A stretch of DNA of 63,862 nt, the filler included, from Folioceros fuciformis (taxonomy: Eukaryota), in the NCBI GenBank assembly GCA_049999805.1. It is 5 parts of 4 records of this genome, joined end to end, with 100 filler letters (N's around TTAATTAATTAA, not from the genome) between each part and the next. Parts side by side here need not be neighbours in the genome. Positions count along the whole stretch, not along the records: positions 1 to 16,714 come from JBNGIO010005390.1; 4 more parts are not named here. The stretch is one strand, 5' to 3'. Both the position numbers and the translations under genes were made by a program. The notes under the pieces are model-generated. The model worked only from the letters and a program-made list of their open reading frames with translations. It had not been told where the DNA came from and ran no database searches. This document shows, one piece after another, positions 1 through 12,900 of this stretch; the stretch's first letter is position 1; every line of letters begins with the position of its first letter.

Positions 1-1309
1 GGCCCCGTCTCGCGTCCCACCACCCTGGATGATCCCACGAGAGCACGAGGCGATGAGGCCGAGTCTGGACGGAGCGAAGAGCAGAGCAGCAGCAGGAGGC
101 AGGGCCCAGCCACGCAGCGGGCTCCTGAGGAAGGGAAGAAGCCGAGCCCAGCCTACCCGAGGCAGGCGAGGGAAGGAAAGAGAAAGGCTTGAGAGAGAAT
201 AGAGAACACACATAAGAACATCAGGGAAGAAAGAAGGTCCATCCTCCAGCCTGCAGCCTCCAGCTCCACGGTTCCATCCACCCCAACTGACCCAACGCTT
301 GGGTCACCAGTTTTTTTTATTTTTTCCTGTTAATGACTCAATCCGTACACTTCGAATTTCCCCATTCATTATCTTTACTTTATTTCCAGTCGATCCGCTT
401 AGTACTTCTGTCACCGACAGAAGTCCCTATTCCCCGAGATTCACAACCTTCCCCTCCCTTCCCTTCCCTCTGCCACCTTCCTTCCATACATTCACCCAGT
501 CATGGGAAGTCACCCACCCATGAGAAGAAAGCTGTATTAAAATCCAGGCAGGCCCGGATTGGAAGACGCTGTGTGGAGGTGGCCGTGCTGGTGCCGGTCA
601 TGGCAAGGCAACCATACCCGTCCATGCACAACATCCCACCACAAACAAACCATCTACCCAACAAAAGACCTCACCGCACGACGAGAGGAGGAAGACGAGT
701 GCAGCACAACAACGACCTCACCCAGTGCGGTTTTAGGAATCTCAAAATCCGCTGCGCCATAGGACCCCACAGAGACGTGCTCGTTGCACACCACTGGGCA
801 CCCCCCACCGAGAGAATCACACGGACCTAGAACCCTTCACAACGTGCACGACAAAGGGGAAGGGGCCTCTCTAGAAACCTTCACTCTCCAAGAAAAGAGT
901 GGAAAGAAAAAATGGAAACAAGGCAAGCAGGTAACATCTATGCAGTCTAGCGAGTGTAGTAGTACATACCATCTCTGGCACGGCTGTGAGTGTCATACAT
1001 CCACTCTCTGGCATGGATGTGAGTCGTGCGCCTTTAATAATAGTAAACTGTCCCTAATAAACCGAGAGGTGACTGGAGAGGCAGCGTCTATAATTGGGGG
1101 CGAAGCGCTTTTATTGCATCGGGCCCGCGCAGTAATCATTAGGGGCCAGCGTGAGGCTGGTCCATCGCTGGTGAGCCTGGTTAAGCGGCTCTGCCATGGC
1201 CTTTCACGTGACACAGCCGCGGCAGTTACGCTGTTGGACACGGCACGGCGGGCGTTAGAGCAAGCCGAGGCGGGGGAGAGCGTGACTTCCTTCCTCTCTG
1301 TCCTTTGTT

Positions 1310-2060
1310 AGCACGCTCCTCTTGTTACCCTAATCTGGTAGGGGCCCTATTTCTTGTCCATCTCGATCCCTGACACGAGAACGAGGATTTCATCACGGAC
1401 AAGATGACGGAAAGGAATCCACAAGGCATGCAAGCATAACATGCACCTTCACTAGCACGCTCCCTCACCCTAATCTGGGAGAGGCCTATCTCAATCCCTG
1501 ACACGAGAATGGAGATTCTATCGAAGAAAACTCATGCTCAAAACCTTCAAACACGTACCTTCTTCGCTCTCACCCTAATCTGGTAGAGGCCTTCCTGCTC
1601 TCTATCCCAATCCCTGACACACGCGATCACAAATGGTACCATTACAAAAAGATGACATGAAATCATCCACAAGGAATGCAAACATGCATCTTCCTCAGCA
1701 CGCTCAACTTGCCCTAATCTGGTAGAGGCCTTTCTGCTCTCTATCCCAATCCCTGACACACGAGATCACAGATGGTACCATCAAAAAGATGACAATGAAA
1801 TCATCCACAAGGAATGCAAACATGCATCTTCCTCAGCCCGCTCCTCTTGCCCTAATCTGGTAAGGCCTTCCATCTCAATCCCTGACACGAGAACGGAGAT
1901 TTCAAGGCATGCAACATAACATGCACCTGCATTAGCACGCGCCGCTTACCCCAATGTGATAGAGAGGCCTGTCCGTTCTCCATCTCAACCCCTGACGCAA
2001 CAACAGAAGATGTTATACCACAGAACAAGATCATCCACAAGGCATGCAAACAATGCACCG
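1310..2060. repeat. Diverged tandem array of six ~100-145 bp units
   Basis: Units start near 1310, 1455, 1565, 1698, 1836 and 1935. Each carries CCCTAATCTGGTAGAGGCC-like and CAATCCCTGACAC blocks, and most carry ATCCACAAGG(C/A)ATGCAA, separated by variable-length linkers. Confidence 0.85.
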
Positions 2061-2824
2061 AAGAGTGGATCCAGGAGGAAGATTTTATCACGAAAAAGAT
2101 GGGAAAAAATCATCCACCCGGCCACCCGGCCACCCGGCATGCGAGCATCCAACGGAAAGGGAACGGAACGACATGCGGGGACGTCAGGAGAACATGGAGG
2201 CTGACATGGAGTGCTCGATGACCTGATGCCTGACAGGCCAGGCCAGGCCGGGTTGGGCAGCCGGGAGTTACCGTGATCCACCCGATGCGCGGGCTGGGGC
2301 GGAATAATTCAAAAGCTGTCCGCCAGCGGTTCCGCCTACTATGTATGTGCGGGACAAGGGAGGTGGCGGGCGAAACGTGAGACACGTCTCGCGTTTGCAT
2401 ATAATACCTGGCTGTCGGACCTGACGACGTAAATCAGCAGGATGATGGTGCGGGAGCAACAAGGACGGGAGAAAAGAAGCCTTCTTGCGCGCCTTTTAAT
2501 AGCGACATGCTCCAGCTGCCCGGCGCAGATGGAGGGAAAGGAGGGCTGTAAAGGAGGCATCGGATACCATTCTGCGTATCGTATCGTAGCGGAGCGGGGC
2601 CTGGTGTTGCTACCAAGACGAGCCTGGACGCGAGTCGGACATGGAGCCGGAACCGAGCCGGGCACCCGGGCAGGCCTCCCGAAACCCTAGACGGACATGG
2701 GAGCCGGCAAGAGGCGGGGAACAAGTGTGAACGAGGGCACAGGGTTCCCCGGTGGCCAACCTTTCCTTCTCCTGCTCTGCGTGCGAGCCACCCAGGGAAG
2801 CGAAACAATAATATCTGGAGTGGT

Positions 2825-2924
2825 NNNNNNNNNNNNNNNNNNNNNNNNNNNNNNNNNNNNNNNNNNNNNNNNNNNNNNNNNNNNNNNNNNNNNNNNNNNN
2901 NNNNNNNNNNNNNNNNNNNNNNNN
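2825..2924. other. Assembly gap (100 N)
   Basis: Run of N. Confidence 0.99.
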
Positions 2925-3680
2925 GCCATGGATGAGGCTCCGAGGCCCGGCGCCGGCGCCAGGGAGCGAGCCCGTGTCCTCAAGACGCCTTTCGAGATGC
3001 CGCTCCTGCTGGCTGGCACAGGAGACACGCCTGCTAACCTGCACGTCAACGTTGATTGCGTTTTCGAGGAGGTTGTCTTCTCTCTGCGCTTCCCTCTGGG
3101 CTCCGTCAGACAGCGGCACTATAGTTTGGCAGCCCGGCCTTCTGGGCCTTCACGCCCCACTCGTACGCTGCTGCCGATCTCGTCTTCGGGACAAAGGGAA
3201 CAAGGCACCGGCCATTGGCCGACTGCCAGGACCAGGGTACCGTGGGCCGCTTTCACACGCCCCATTACGTACCCCCAATAGTATTCAACGCTTATCCTCA
3301 CCAGTTCCCGGATCTGGAAAGACGTGGAGTAGCCCCAGCGTCCTCGCGAAACCAGTGCTGCTTTGCTACGGATGGGCCCCTCGCACACTTTCCTCGCCCA
3401 CAGCCTACAACCTCTCAAAGATGGAAGGGCACCCCATCGTGGGGAACGGGCAAGGTGTGGAAAGCACTTACTAGTAGTAGTAGAAGCTTTTCAATGAGAA
3501 ACATACTGACCAATGGCCAGAGGAACAGCCGATGAAAAGAGGGGCAACCTTGCGGGCAATGGCCTCAGTTGCAAGTTTTGCTCCTCCATATGTAATACGG
3601 GGATTGGCCACCACCGGTAATGACATGGCACACTACTTAGCATGTAACATATTGCATGGGTGTTGTGGATGTGCAAAGCA

Positions 3681-5109
3681 TCACTGTCTCTTGATGCGGA
3701 GCGTCCAATCACGCAGGGACTGGATCAGGTTTTTGATCTGCTCCTTAACCCCGTTGTCGACGACATCTCCGTTTTGGTCGAACTTGACTGGGGGAGCGAA
3801 GGCCTGAACGAACACCTCGGGTTTGTTGATGAAGTGGAGGTCTATGTAGACACCGACCTGACGAAGGTGGTAAGAAGATCTGCCTCCTCCCCACCCTCCT
3901 CCAGAGCTCAGGATGGCTGCCGGTTTGTCAGCCCACTGATTAGGGGGGCGTGAGGCCCAGTCGATGGCATTCTTCAACACGGCTGTGAAAATGGCAGTGC
4001 ATGTGTACTTAGGGTAAGCTTCATGTACTAAGGGGACCTGAGGTCGGTGCTGCACAGCCGTGAACGATCACCACTCTTCGCGGCAACACGCTAAGGACTG
4101 CCAACTGCTGCACCCAAGGCTAGGACGGTACCTGGGAGAGAGTAGTTGTACTCGGCTGTAGCAAAGATCACACCGTCTGCTGCCTGTACCTTGGCCCTAA
4201 GCTGGGTCACATCCTCAGGAAACGTGTTGTTCACCTCAAGATCCGTATTTACAAACGGTAGGTGATCGATTCGCAGGATCTCGACGTCCACATCAGGGAA
4301 GTGCTCCTTGGCAATCTCAGCGGCTACACAAACCGACATGCGCCGGCCACAGCAGTACATTACAGTCAGTACGCTGCAAAACCACCGTGAAGCAGACAAA
4401 TTCTTCCCTTAACCGACGCGTTTCTCAGGTACTAAGGTCAAGTATGGCACAAAAGTAGAGGCTGGGATGCTCATCATTAGCAAATGGTTCAGCTGTCGCT
4501 GTTGGATGGTGACCAGACAAAGCCTCTTCGTATCCTTCAAAGACACAAAACGAACATGCATGCGCATCTCACAAGGCTTTCACTTTCTTACCTACCAAGC
4601 ATTGCTAAGCAAAATCCAAGCCACAAAATAATGCATACAAACAAGTCATACTCCGGCAACATGTGAGTCAAGCCACTTCTTTCTTGCCACAACTGCAGCA
4701 CCGAGGCTGTTCGGTTGTCACAACAACACCGAGATCTCCCAGCATCACATTCACATGCAACAACCTCAACTGCACAGCAAAAGCAACACTGCCAACATGC
4801 AAGAATCACGATGCAAAGCACGTTCTTCAACAGATCCTCCTCTCAGCAACATATGTACAAAACTTCCCAAGGCGATTCAAATTCTTCAAACCATCACGCT
4901 CTCAACAACCTGATGTAAGAGCGCAGTAGACTCTGAGTCAACACGATCGACCCTGAGCCGGGAGCAAGATCCACATGCCGCTGCATGAGGCGCCATCAAC
5001 CAGACGCGAACTGCCACTTGACGATTCTCTTACCTGCTCGAAGCAAGCCCAAATTGGTGGACGCCCTGCGAAAAGAACCAGCGAGCGCCACAAACTTCAG
5101 ACCCGCCAT
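3681..5109 (-). CDS. NQR: NAD(P)H:quinone oxidoreductase (FMN-dependent, flavodoxin-like); exons 5109-5034, 4323-4132, 3982-3681
   Basis: The spliced product reads MAGLKFVALAGSFRRASTNLGLLRAAAEIA...LPFVNTDLE...ATAEYNYSLPAVLKNAIDWASRPPNQWADKPAAI...GGGRSSYHLRQVGVYIDLHFINKPE. Both introns are GT-AG, phase 1, and keep the frame. Confidence 0.95.
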
Positions 5110-6663
5110 GGCGACGCCCGCACCTTGTTCCCACCTCCCACTGACAAGGCGAGCCGGGGCAGCCCGAGTCCGCCGGAATGCCACCAAACAGCTAGGTCCT
5201 GTCTCGGCTCTGGACCGATCAAGGTGCCGGGAGAGAAATGCACGTGGGACTGGAAACGCTTGGTAGTCCACACTATTTCTTGCTACATATGTTCATGCAC
5301 CAACATTACAGCGAAACAGCGTCTGAAACATATTGAAACCACACAATGTGCCGACAAATCGAGAGAAAGATCTAATTTCTTCAATCGAATTTCTTCAACA
5401 TAATTCTGGAAGTGAGAAAAGAGATTGCTTGAAACACTGAGCTGCGCAACAAGAAACTAGACATAAGAAAGAGCTGATTGGAACGAACAGGCCTGCCACT
5501 CCTACACCCTTTTAGTCTCCAAACCTCTGCAAACCCTAAAGCTCTCCCCGATGAGATATCCGCACTTTGTTCAAGGACAGCTCAACACTGGGATGGGGAA
5601 CATGGGCCCAAAAAAACTCGGATGTATGGGGTTTTTTTGCCCCATACTCCTAAACCAAGGGTGTCTAAGGCATTAGGGTAAAAAAATTCCTGAATCCCAA
5701 TAAAACATAAAAACGTGCGGGACCTTAGGCTAAAAAAAACCTCGGATGTCCGATTCAACCCACACCTCTATTGAACTACAAGCTTGACAGCCTTGAAGCC
5801 AAGGTGCAATGCATGCACCCCTTAGATGGGCCGACCTTGCACTAGTCAAACTCCCCTTCACCACAGGCTATACACAACACACTTATGGAAAACTGCTCCT
5901 CCTCCATTAGATGACACACGATTCCCTAGAGTATAGGGTTCATAATTCTCATGAGGCAAACTTCCGTTACACATATGTTACCTCAATTCTCAAACCTCTA
6001 ATACCACTAACACGGTCGCCTAGCAATAATGGCCCCCACTTATCGCAAAAGGAATATTGAGGAACACTGAATGCAGCTACATACACATCAGTCGTGTAAG
6101 GGCTCGCCTTGTACTACTAGTTGCGAAGCTCATGAAAATGCACTCTCCTTTTCCCCTCTTGCCCACCCGGCCCTCTAACATTGCACCCTCCCCTTGCTCC
6201 TCCCTCGTATAGTGGCAAACCCTTTCCTACAAATCGACAACCCACACCATGCTACCCTCGAGAGAAACCTATGGGATGTTACCATCTAAGCCATGGGCTG
6301 CTACTAGAAACTGCAACATGTTAGGGCATATTATAGCACATGCAATCACTTTGCTCACCAATTGGCATCCAGCCACTACCCTAAATCTCCCCTTCATCCA
6401 TCTAAGTGTTTGTATATTAGTTTATTATGAAATAATACACCAATGAACATGCACCTATGTATAGCAAGGGGCATGGATACAATATTCGACCTATATGCCT
6501 ACATCATTGTGTATTCATCCTTCATTCCATACTTGTGTTAATTAAAGCTTCCCAACTAAAATAACACAATAGAAGTCCATTCCATGTCCTAGAATGAACC
6601 TTGTGCTATGGAGAATATTCCCTAGGACTACGCACTGGCTACAATCTCATATGCTGATCTCTG

Positions 6664-6885
6664 CAATGGGGATATTGATCAAAACAGCACTTGCACAACT
6701 GGAACTCAATATCGATGAACAATATTATAATGGTATTCAACACTCTCCCACATGTTCCTCATGACCTTAAAAAGATTATCCCTACAATGGGGATATTGAT
6801 CAAAACAGCACTTGCACAGCCAGAACTTAATATCGATGAACAATATTGTAATGGTATTCAATACTCTCACACATGTTCCTCATGA
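6664..6885. repeat. Direct duplication, ~121 bp period
   Basis: CAATGGGGATATTGATCAAAACAGCACTTGCACA...CATGTTCCTCATGA occurs at 6664 and 6785. Confidence 0.85.
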
Positions 6886-7635
6886 ACTTAAAAAATAGGG
6901 AACCCGAAGCTCCGACTTATGTAGCATCCTTGCTACATAAACCTCGTAAGGGCTTATGCAAGTGTATTCTCCTTTTATAGTATGCTATATGCAAGGAGAC
7001 CTCAATATAGATAACTCGTGCGTGTCCTAGCCACAAGAGGTTAACATGTACTAGCTCCTTCATACATAGTTTTTGTTCTTAGATGTATGTATATTTGATG
7101 AATTGGAGTTTGAGGACAACACCCTTGCCAAGAGCCCACACCTACTACGTTGTGCTGAGCGTTGGAAGGCCCTTGCTCTCTCCTCAGTTTTCACGGGTGG
7201 ACTAGCGTATGATTTTTGTAAGAAAACCAAGGAACATGTGCCATGTGTGTCCATAGATGAGAATAGTAACAGCCATTATTGTCTTCATGTAGGCAAACGT
7301 GCACAATGTCTAGAAGCATACAATGCAGGCTAAATTGATTTGGGTCTTTCTAGAGAAATGATGCTTTGCTTTAGATCCAAGTAATTTATGCACCTTTTTG
7401 CCTAGTTCACACTTATTTGCATGTGTTGGGACGGGTGAATTGCTCTCGACGAACCTAGCCATCAAAGGTTCCATATGTTTGTGTACAACAATTTTTTCAT
7501 AAACAGGATGCATACGTTGATTTTGCCTGCATGATAAGGTCGCTGCTTTTAGACTTTGAAAGGCTGCAGGAGTAATGGCGCTCCGAGCTAGATGTATAAG
7601 GGTCCTTGTTGCATCTCTTCCATTACACAATTTCA

Positions 7636-8756
7636 TGTGTGAGCTCCCGTGTGCTAAATTTGTACATAGAGGGTTGGAGTTATCTAATCAATGACGGCCT
7701 GATTTGGTGTGTTGTCCTCTCGTCACGAGAGGATCGGGGAGATCCCTAGGTGGTCAAGAGCTGTGTGACCAAACTCTGCGACTGGGGTGACTAGTGGAGA
7801 AGGGTGTTGTACACCGGTAACGAAGGGAAATTCCTGCAAAAGGCTAGGGTGGAAATGTGATTTCGCAAAACACCTGGGAAGACGGGAGGGAACGCGATTT
7901 CGTGAAAATCCTGTGGAGCTGTCTGGCTACTCATTTTTCCTTTCCCACTCTACTATCTAACAAGGCCGTGTTTGATCTTGAAGAGAGGCTTGTGTGGCTT
8001 GTGACGGGTCTGTGTGACCCAAGAAGAGGCATGTGTGGCCCATGAGGGGACTATGTGTTGTGACCCAAGGAGAGGCCTGTGTGGCTCGTGAGAGGACTAT
8101 GTGTGACCCAAAGAGAGGCTTGTGTGGCCCATGAGGGGACTATGTGTAACCCAAGGAGAGAGGCCTTTGGGGCTCGTGACGAGACTATGTGTTCCTAGGG
8201 GGAGGATTATGAGGAAATTCTTTGCAAGTTGAAGTGTGAGTGTTTGGAATCGTGAAGTGCTACGAACGACTGGTTATAGATTATGTGGAGAATCAGTGTG
8301 GATTAGTGATGGAGGGAGGTGTTGTGATGTATGTGACCCTAGGGTGCATCTACCAATGAGAATTGGATATAAAATTACATGAGTGTGGCTTGTTGTGTAT
8401 GGGAATCGCCATGCACAGACCATGGCTCCCTACCGACCGTGGCAGGAAAACCCGCACCATCCAGACGTCGTGATGCACACGTGCATTGAACGAGTGGGTC
8501 CCACCATGGTGACTGAATCCACTACCGTGTTGGTTGGATCCGCTATGGTGGCGCAGCTAGGTTCAATGGTGGTGGACTTAGGTACAGTGGTTGATTACGT
8601 CTGGATAAGAACCGATTGTAGAAAGACTAGAATCCATAGATTTAGAACAACTTGACACAAACCATTCCCTTGGGATCGAATCCTACAACTACAACAACAT
8701 AAGAGGGTGAATATGGACCTCCTTGTGTCCCTAGACATAAAACTTCATTCCACACA
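7636..8756. mobile_element. LTR-like repeat (TG...CA), shorter relative of 61266-63288
   Basis: Ends are TGTGTG...CACACA. It shares CCCGTGTGCT, GGGGAGATCC and a 33-nt block (8651-8683 vs 63186-63218, 3 mismatches) in the same order as the element at 61266-63288. No TSD found. Confidence 0.55.
7980..8192. repeat. ~43-bp tandem repeat (about 5 copies) inside the LTR-like element
   Basis: GTGTGACCCAAGGAGAGGCCTGTGTGGCTCGTGAGAGGACTAT-like units. Confidence 0.8.
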
Positions 8757-9731
8757 TATGCAAACAAAAGCATATTCTTGTTTTGTTGGCCAGTGTTGTC
8801 TAACTGTAGATAAAAAGTCTTGGTAATACCCCTGTATACTTAGAGATGATGTCTTGTATAATATGATTTGTCAAGTTTGCATCGGTTCAGATGTTTGGGA
8901 AATTGAGGACAACCTTCATCCAAACTCCAGTGTTGTAGACAAGTTAGCCAACAACATGGATGTAGATGAGCCCATCAACAAAATCTCTGGGCGGTCCACT
9001 TAACTGCGGAAGTTCCGTTTTTCTCTTATCCATTCCATCTATCGCCATTCCAATATATTGGCTTGGCCGGCCTTGACATTTCAGTCAATGCTTCCCTAGC
9101 CTTGCTCTCTCCTCTTTAATCTGTTCCCTATGAACACGAAGCTTGTCTTTGTAGAACTTTAGCATTGCACAAGTTGGAAGACAGTCAAGTCATGGAAGTC
9201 AATCTATGTACAGGACGCTCGTGTCCGACCTCATGTGGTGGCGCGCCAGCATCCAGTCGCCCATAGATTCACTAAACGCGATCAAGGTGGCGCGCCACCT
9301 CCCCATTGACTTTGGCTCTTAACAAAGGCACTAGAAATGTGGGAGATAACATACCTTGTTGTCACTGATCACTAGTGTTCTCAATCGCAGACTTCAAAGT
9401 TTCATATTCAACACACTTGGAAAATTGGCTGCTCTTTGGAATTTTGACCTTCCAAAAGTACATGATTTCTTTTGGTGTAGCCTAGAGTTTGAGGTTGGGT
9501 GCCAACATCCCAACACCTTATGGCTCTCCTTCCTTCTCCTCCCTATCCCAAGGGGCCTCTTGGGGGGTTTCGGAGGGGGGGTAAGGGTGTAGCCTAAAGG
9601 GTCTTTTAAGGGGTTATGAGGGAAGGGTGTAGCCCCAAGAGACCTCTTGGGGTGCATCCTATCATCATATGGCTCTCCTCCTTACCCCAAGGGGCCTTGT
9701 GGGGGGGTTTAGGAAAGGGAAGGGTGTATGC

Positions 9732-9936
9732 TGTTGAAGACCTAGCTGACACCTGAATAGTTCACACCAATCATGAATAGTCACATCCCATCACCACCCC
9801 TGAATCGTCGCACCTCCTCAATGATCTCCTGCACCCACACACATATGACCACATGAACCTAAATGTAATATGTAAGAAATCTGCAATAAGAGAAAAACAG
9901 TCATACCTGCCATGTACTTCCTTATGGTATTAGAGC
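9732..9936 (+). mobile_element. Copia-type 5' LTR (9732-9924) plus tRNA-Met PBS, truncated
   Basis: Starts TGTTGAAG. PBS TGGTATTAGAGC at 9925-9936 has one mismatch to the canonical TGGTATCAGAGC. Confidence 0.65.
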
Positions 9937-9950
9937 CGGAGCATTAGACA

Positions 9951-12900
9951 TGCCATTGAAAGGACCGTCACCTCATGGCTCGTGGAAGGGGAGCCCGCTC
10001 GTGGGCAAAACCGGCTCATGAGGAACACCGGACTCCCCAATTAACCTATTCCCCTTCTCACGGTTTAGAGCTAAGGACATGCCTCACATTGAGGGCAAAC
10101 AGACATGAGGGCAGGGACATGCGAGAGCACACAAGTGGCTTTGGAAGAGAATTAGTGTTGAGGTTTAGAAGAACATTATGAACAAAATTGTCTGTGTGTG
10201 TGTGACGGTTCATCCAAGGGACACCTAACTACGCTAGGTTAACAATCTCCTAACACACCCCTTAACCTCGCTGGTTAGGCGTTGACTGGAGGCAAGCCCC
10301 AAACTTTAGATAAGCAGCCCATGTGCTGCAAAATAACGAGCTGCACAAGCTAAGGAGCCGATTGAAAACACCTATGGCGTAGCCGTGTCCGTATGACGAG
10401 GGAGAACAACTGGCGATTGGAAAGATCGATAAGCTTCATCCGACATGTTCAAATAAGTCAGTTTTGAGACGTTGATGACAGCAGAGAAGTAAAATCTCGT
10501 AGGCCCAAGGATTACATATGTTGAAAATGTTTATGCTTGGGCAAGTTCTTGGTAAGCAAGTCTGCAGAATTCATGTCGGTGGATACATAAGCAATCTTTA
10601 CGATACCTGTTTCAACGAATTGTCGGACATAGTGCTGCCTAATCTCGATGTGCTTGGTCCTCGAATGGAAACGAGGATTGCTGGTCAAGGCAATGGTGGA
10701 TTGTTATCACAGAGTATTAAAGTCGGAGAGTCATGTGTGTAGGTCAATCCTTGGAGGAAGGTCCTCTCCCATGCTGCCTCCTTAGCAGCATCCGTTAAAG
10801 CAGTATATTCAGCTTTAGTGGATGAAAGAGCCACATAGGTTTGTTTCTTAGACTTCCAATTCACTATACCATTGGATAGCATGAAGCAATAGGCTGAAAT
10901 GTTTTTTCTACTATCTGGGTTAGATGCCCAATCGGCATTTGCATAGCCTGTTATAGAAACATGTGGGCTGTTGTCTTGAAACCATAAACCATAAGAGATT
11001 GTTCCCTTTAAATACCTAAAGACCTGTTTGACAGCTGACCAATGTGGAGGTCCCGGATTCTCCAAAAACTGTGACAAAGTGCTGATAGTATATTGCAGAT
11101 TGGGACGGGTCCATGTACATAAGTAGTTTAGACATCCAATGACATGCCTACAGGGGATATGGGACATAGTAGACTTTTCTTCAGGAGTTTAAGGAGACTG
11201 ATATGAGGTAAGTTTAGAAGCAACAACACCAGGTGTGCTTACTGGTCTTGCTTGGTCTATATTAAACTTATGCAAAATCTCATTGATATATTTTGTTTGA
11301 TGCAGGATGAGGATGCCTTGGCTTCTGTCTCTAAGCAATTGGACACCTAGTACAAAGGTAAGTTCACCTATATCTTTCATGTCAAACCTTTGATGTAACA
11401 TGCTTTTTACGTACTCTAGTAGCTTATTATCATTAGAGACTAAAATGGCATCGTCTACAGATAGGGCGAGGACTATAAAGTGTGATCCCTCTTGCAATAG
11501 GTAAACGTTAGCATCAGCAGGATTCTGGACAAAGTCAAGACTTTAAGGTAATGATCTATGACTTTATACCATTCTCGGGCGTTTTGTTTTAGCCCATACA
11601 ACGTTTTCTTAAGTCTACAGACCCACTCAGGGTGTTCTGGGTCCACAAAGCCTTTGGGCTAAGCCATATTAGTTTCCTCATCTAGGTCTCCATATAGAAA
11701 TGCTGTATTTACATCCATCTAATTAAGATCCGAATTATGTTTAGCTGCAAGAGCCAAAAGCGTCCTGATAGATTGTGTCTTGACAACAGGAGAGAAAGTT
11801 TTGTTAAAGTCGATTCCCTGTACTTAAGAGAATCCGCGTGCCACTAGCCGGGACTTATATTTGGCTATTTCTCTAGCAACATTCAACTTATGCTTAAATA
11901 CCAATTTGCAGCTCACAGTTTTTCTGCCTGCAAGTAAAGGACATAACTCCCAGGTTTCGTTTCTCATTAGCGACTGATGCTCATCCTGGATGGAAGGTAT
12001 CCAATGCTTTTTGTCTTTCCCTTGAATAGCTTCTCGGTAGGACTGGGGTTCTAAACCTGGAGTTATGACTGCAGAATAGATGGTGTGTTCTGTATCATCA
12101 GGAGGTGCAGAGTTATCTACTTGCAGTTGTGCCAGTGAACGGGTACGAGTTCGATGAGAGGGTGGTTCAGGTGACCATCTATCGGAAGCTCGATGTTCTC
12201 TTGTGGGGTACCTGTGTTTTGGCTGAGCTAGGGAATATTCAGGAGCTGCAGGAGCTGGCCTAGGTACCAGCACGGGTTGTGGTGGAGGGATAGTATCACC
12301 AAATGGCTGATCTAATGTGTCCTCAAAATCTGACTCAACTGCTAAAAGTTGCTGGTATTGTATTTATGAGTCTGCTTGTGAAGAGTGGTCGGACATGGTA
12401 TCAAACTCTTGAACATTGACTGCATCTCCAACATCTGTATCACCTTGAGCAGCATCAGTAGCTGCGGGATCAGCATCTGTGCCTTGAGTGGCTTCAATAT
12501 TCGGTAGCAGGTCAACATCGTTGTCACTCCCTGGTGGACCATCATCGTCATCACCAGCTGAATCTAAATCTTGAGCATCACCCCCTACAAGGCCATATGG
12601 TGGAAGACCATCTTGAGGATATGTAATAGGAAGATCATCAAAGTCATCAGCAGGAGGTGCCAGATCGGAGGTTGAAACTGAGGAGAAAGGGAAGTGCTCC
12701 AAAGCAGGCTAGATGAGTTCCTTGAAAGTAATGCTGCAGGCAAATATGGAACTATTCGTAGGAGGGTCATATAGTTTGTAGGCCTTGGCCTCTTCTTCGT
12801 ATCTGACAAAGATAAGTGGGCGGGCACGATCCTTGAGTTTCCTACGCTTCTCAGAGGGAATATAAGCAAAGGCCAGACTGCCAAAGACACGCATGTGAAG

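Noticed and set aside
1310-2060. CRISPR-like repeat/spacer appearance
   Set aside because: Linkers are homologous to each other, the repeats are degenerate, the context is eukaryotic and there are no cas genes.
2697-3474. Long ORFs around the 100-N gap
   Set aside because: They read through Ns, have no recognisable domain and overlap in several frames in GC-rich DNA.
7060-7636. WTHMAHVPWF resembling a RAG1/Transib C-terminal motif
   Set aside because: It is a short match in a stop-ridden frame with no other supporting motifs.
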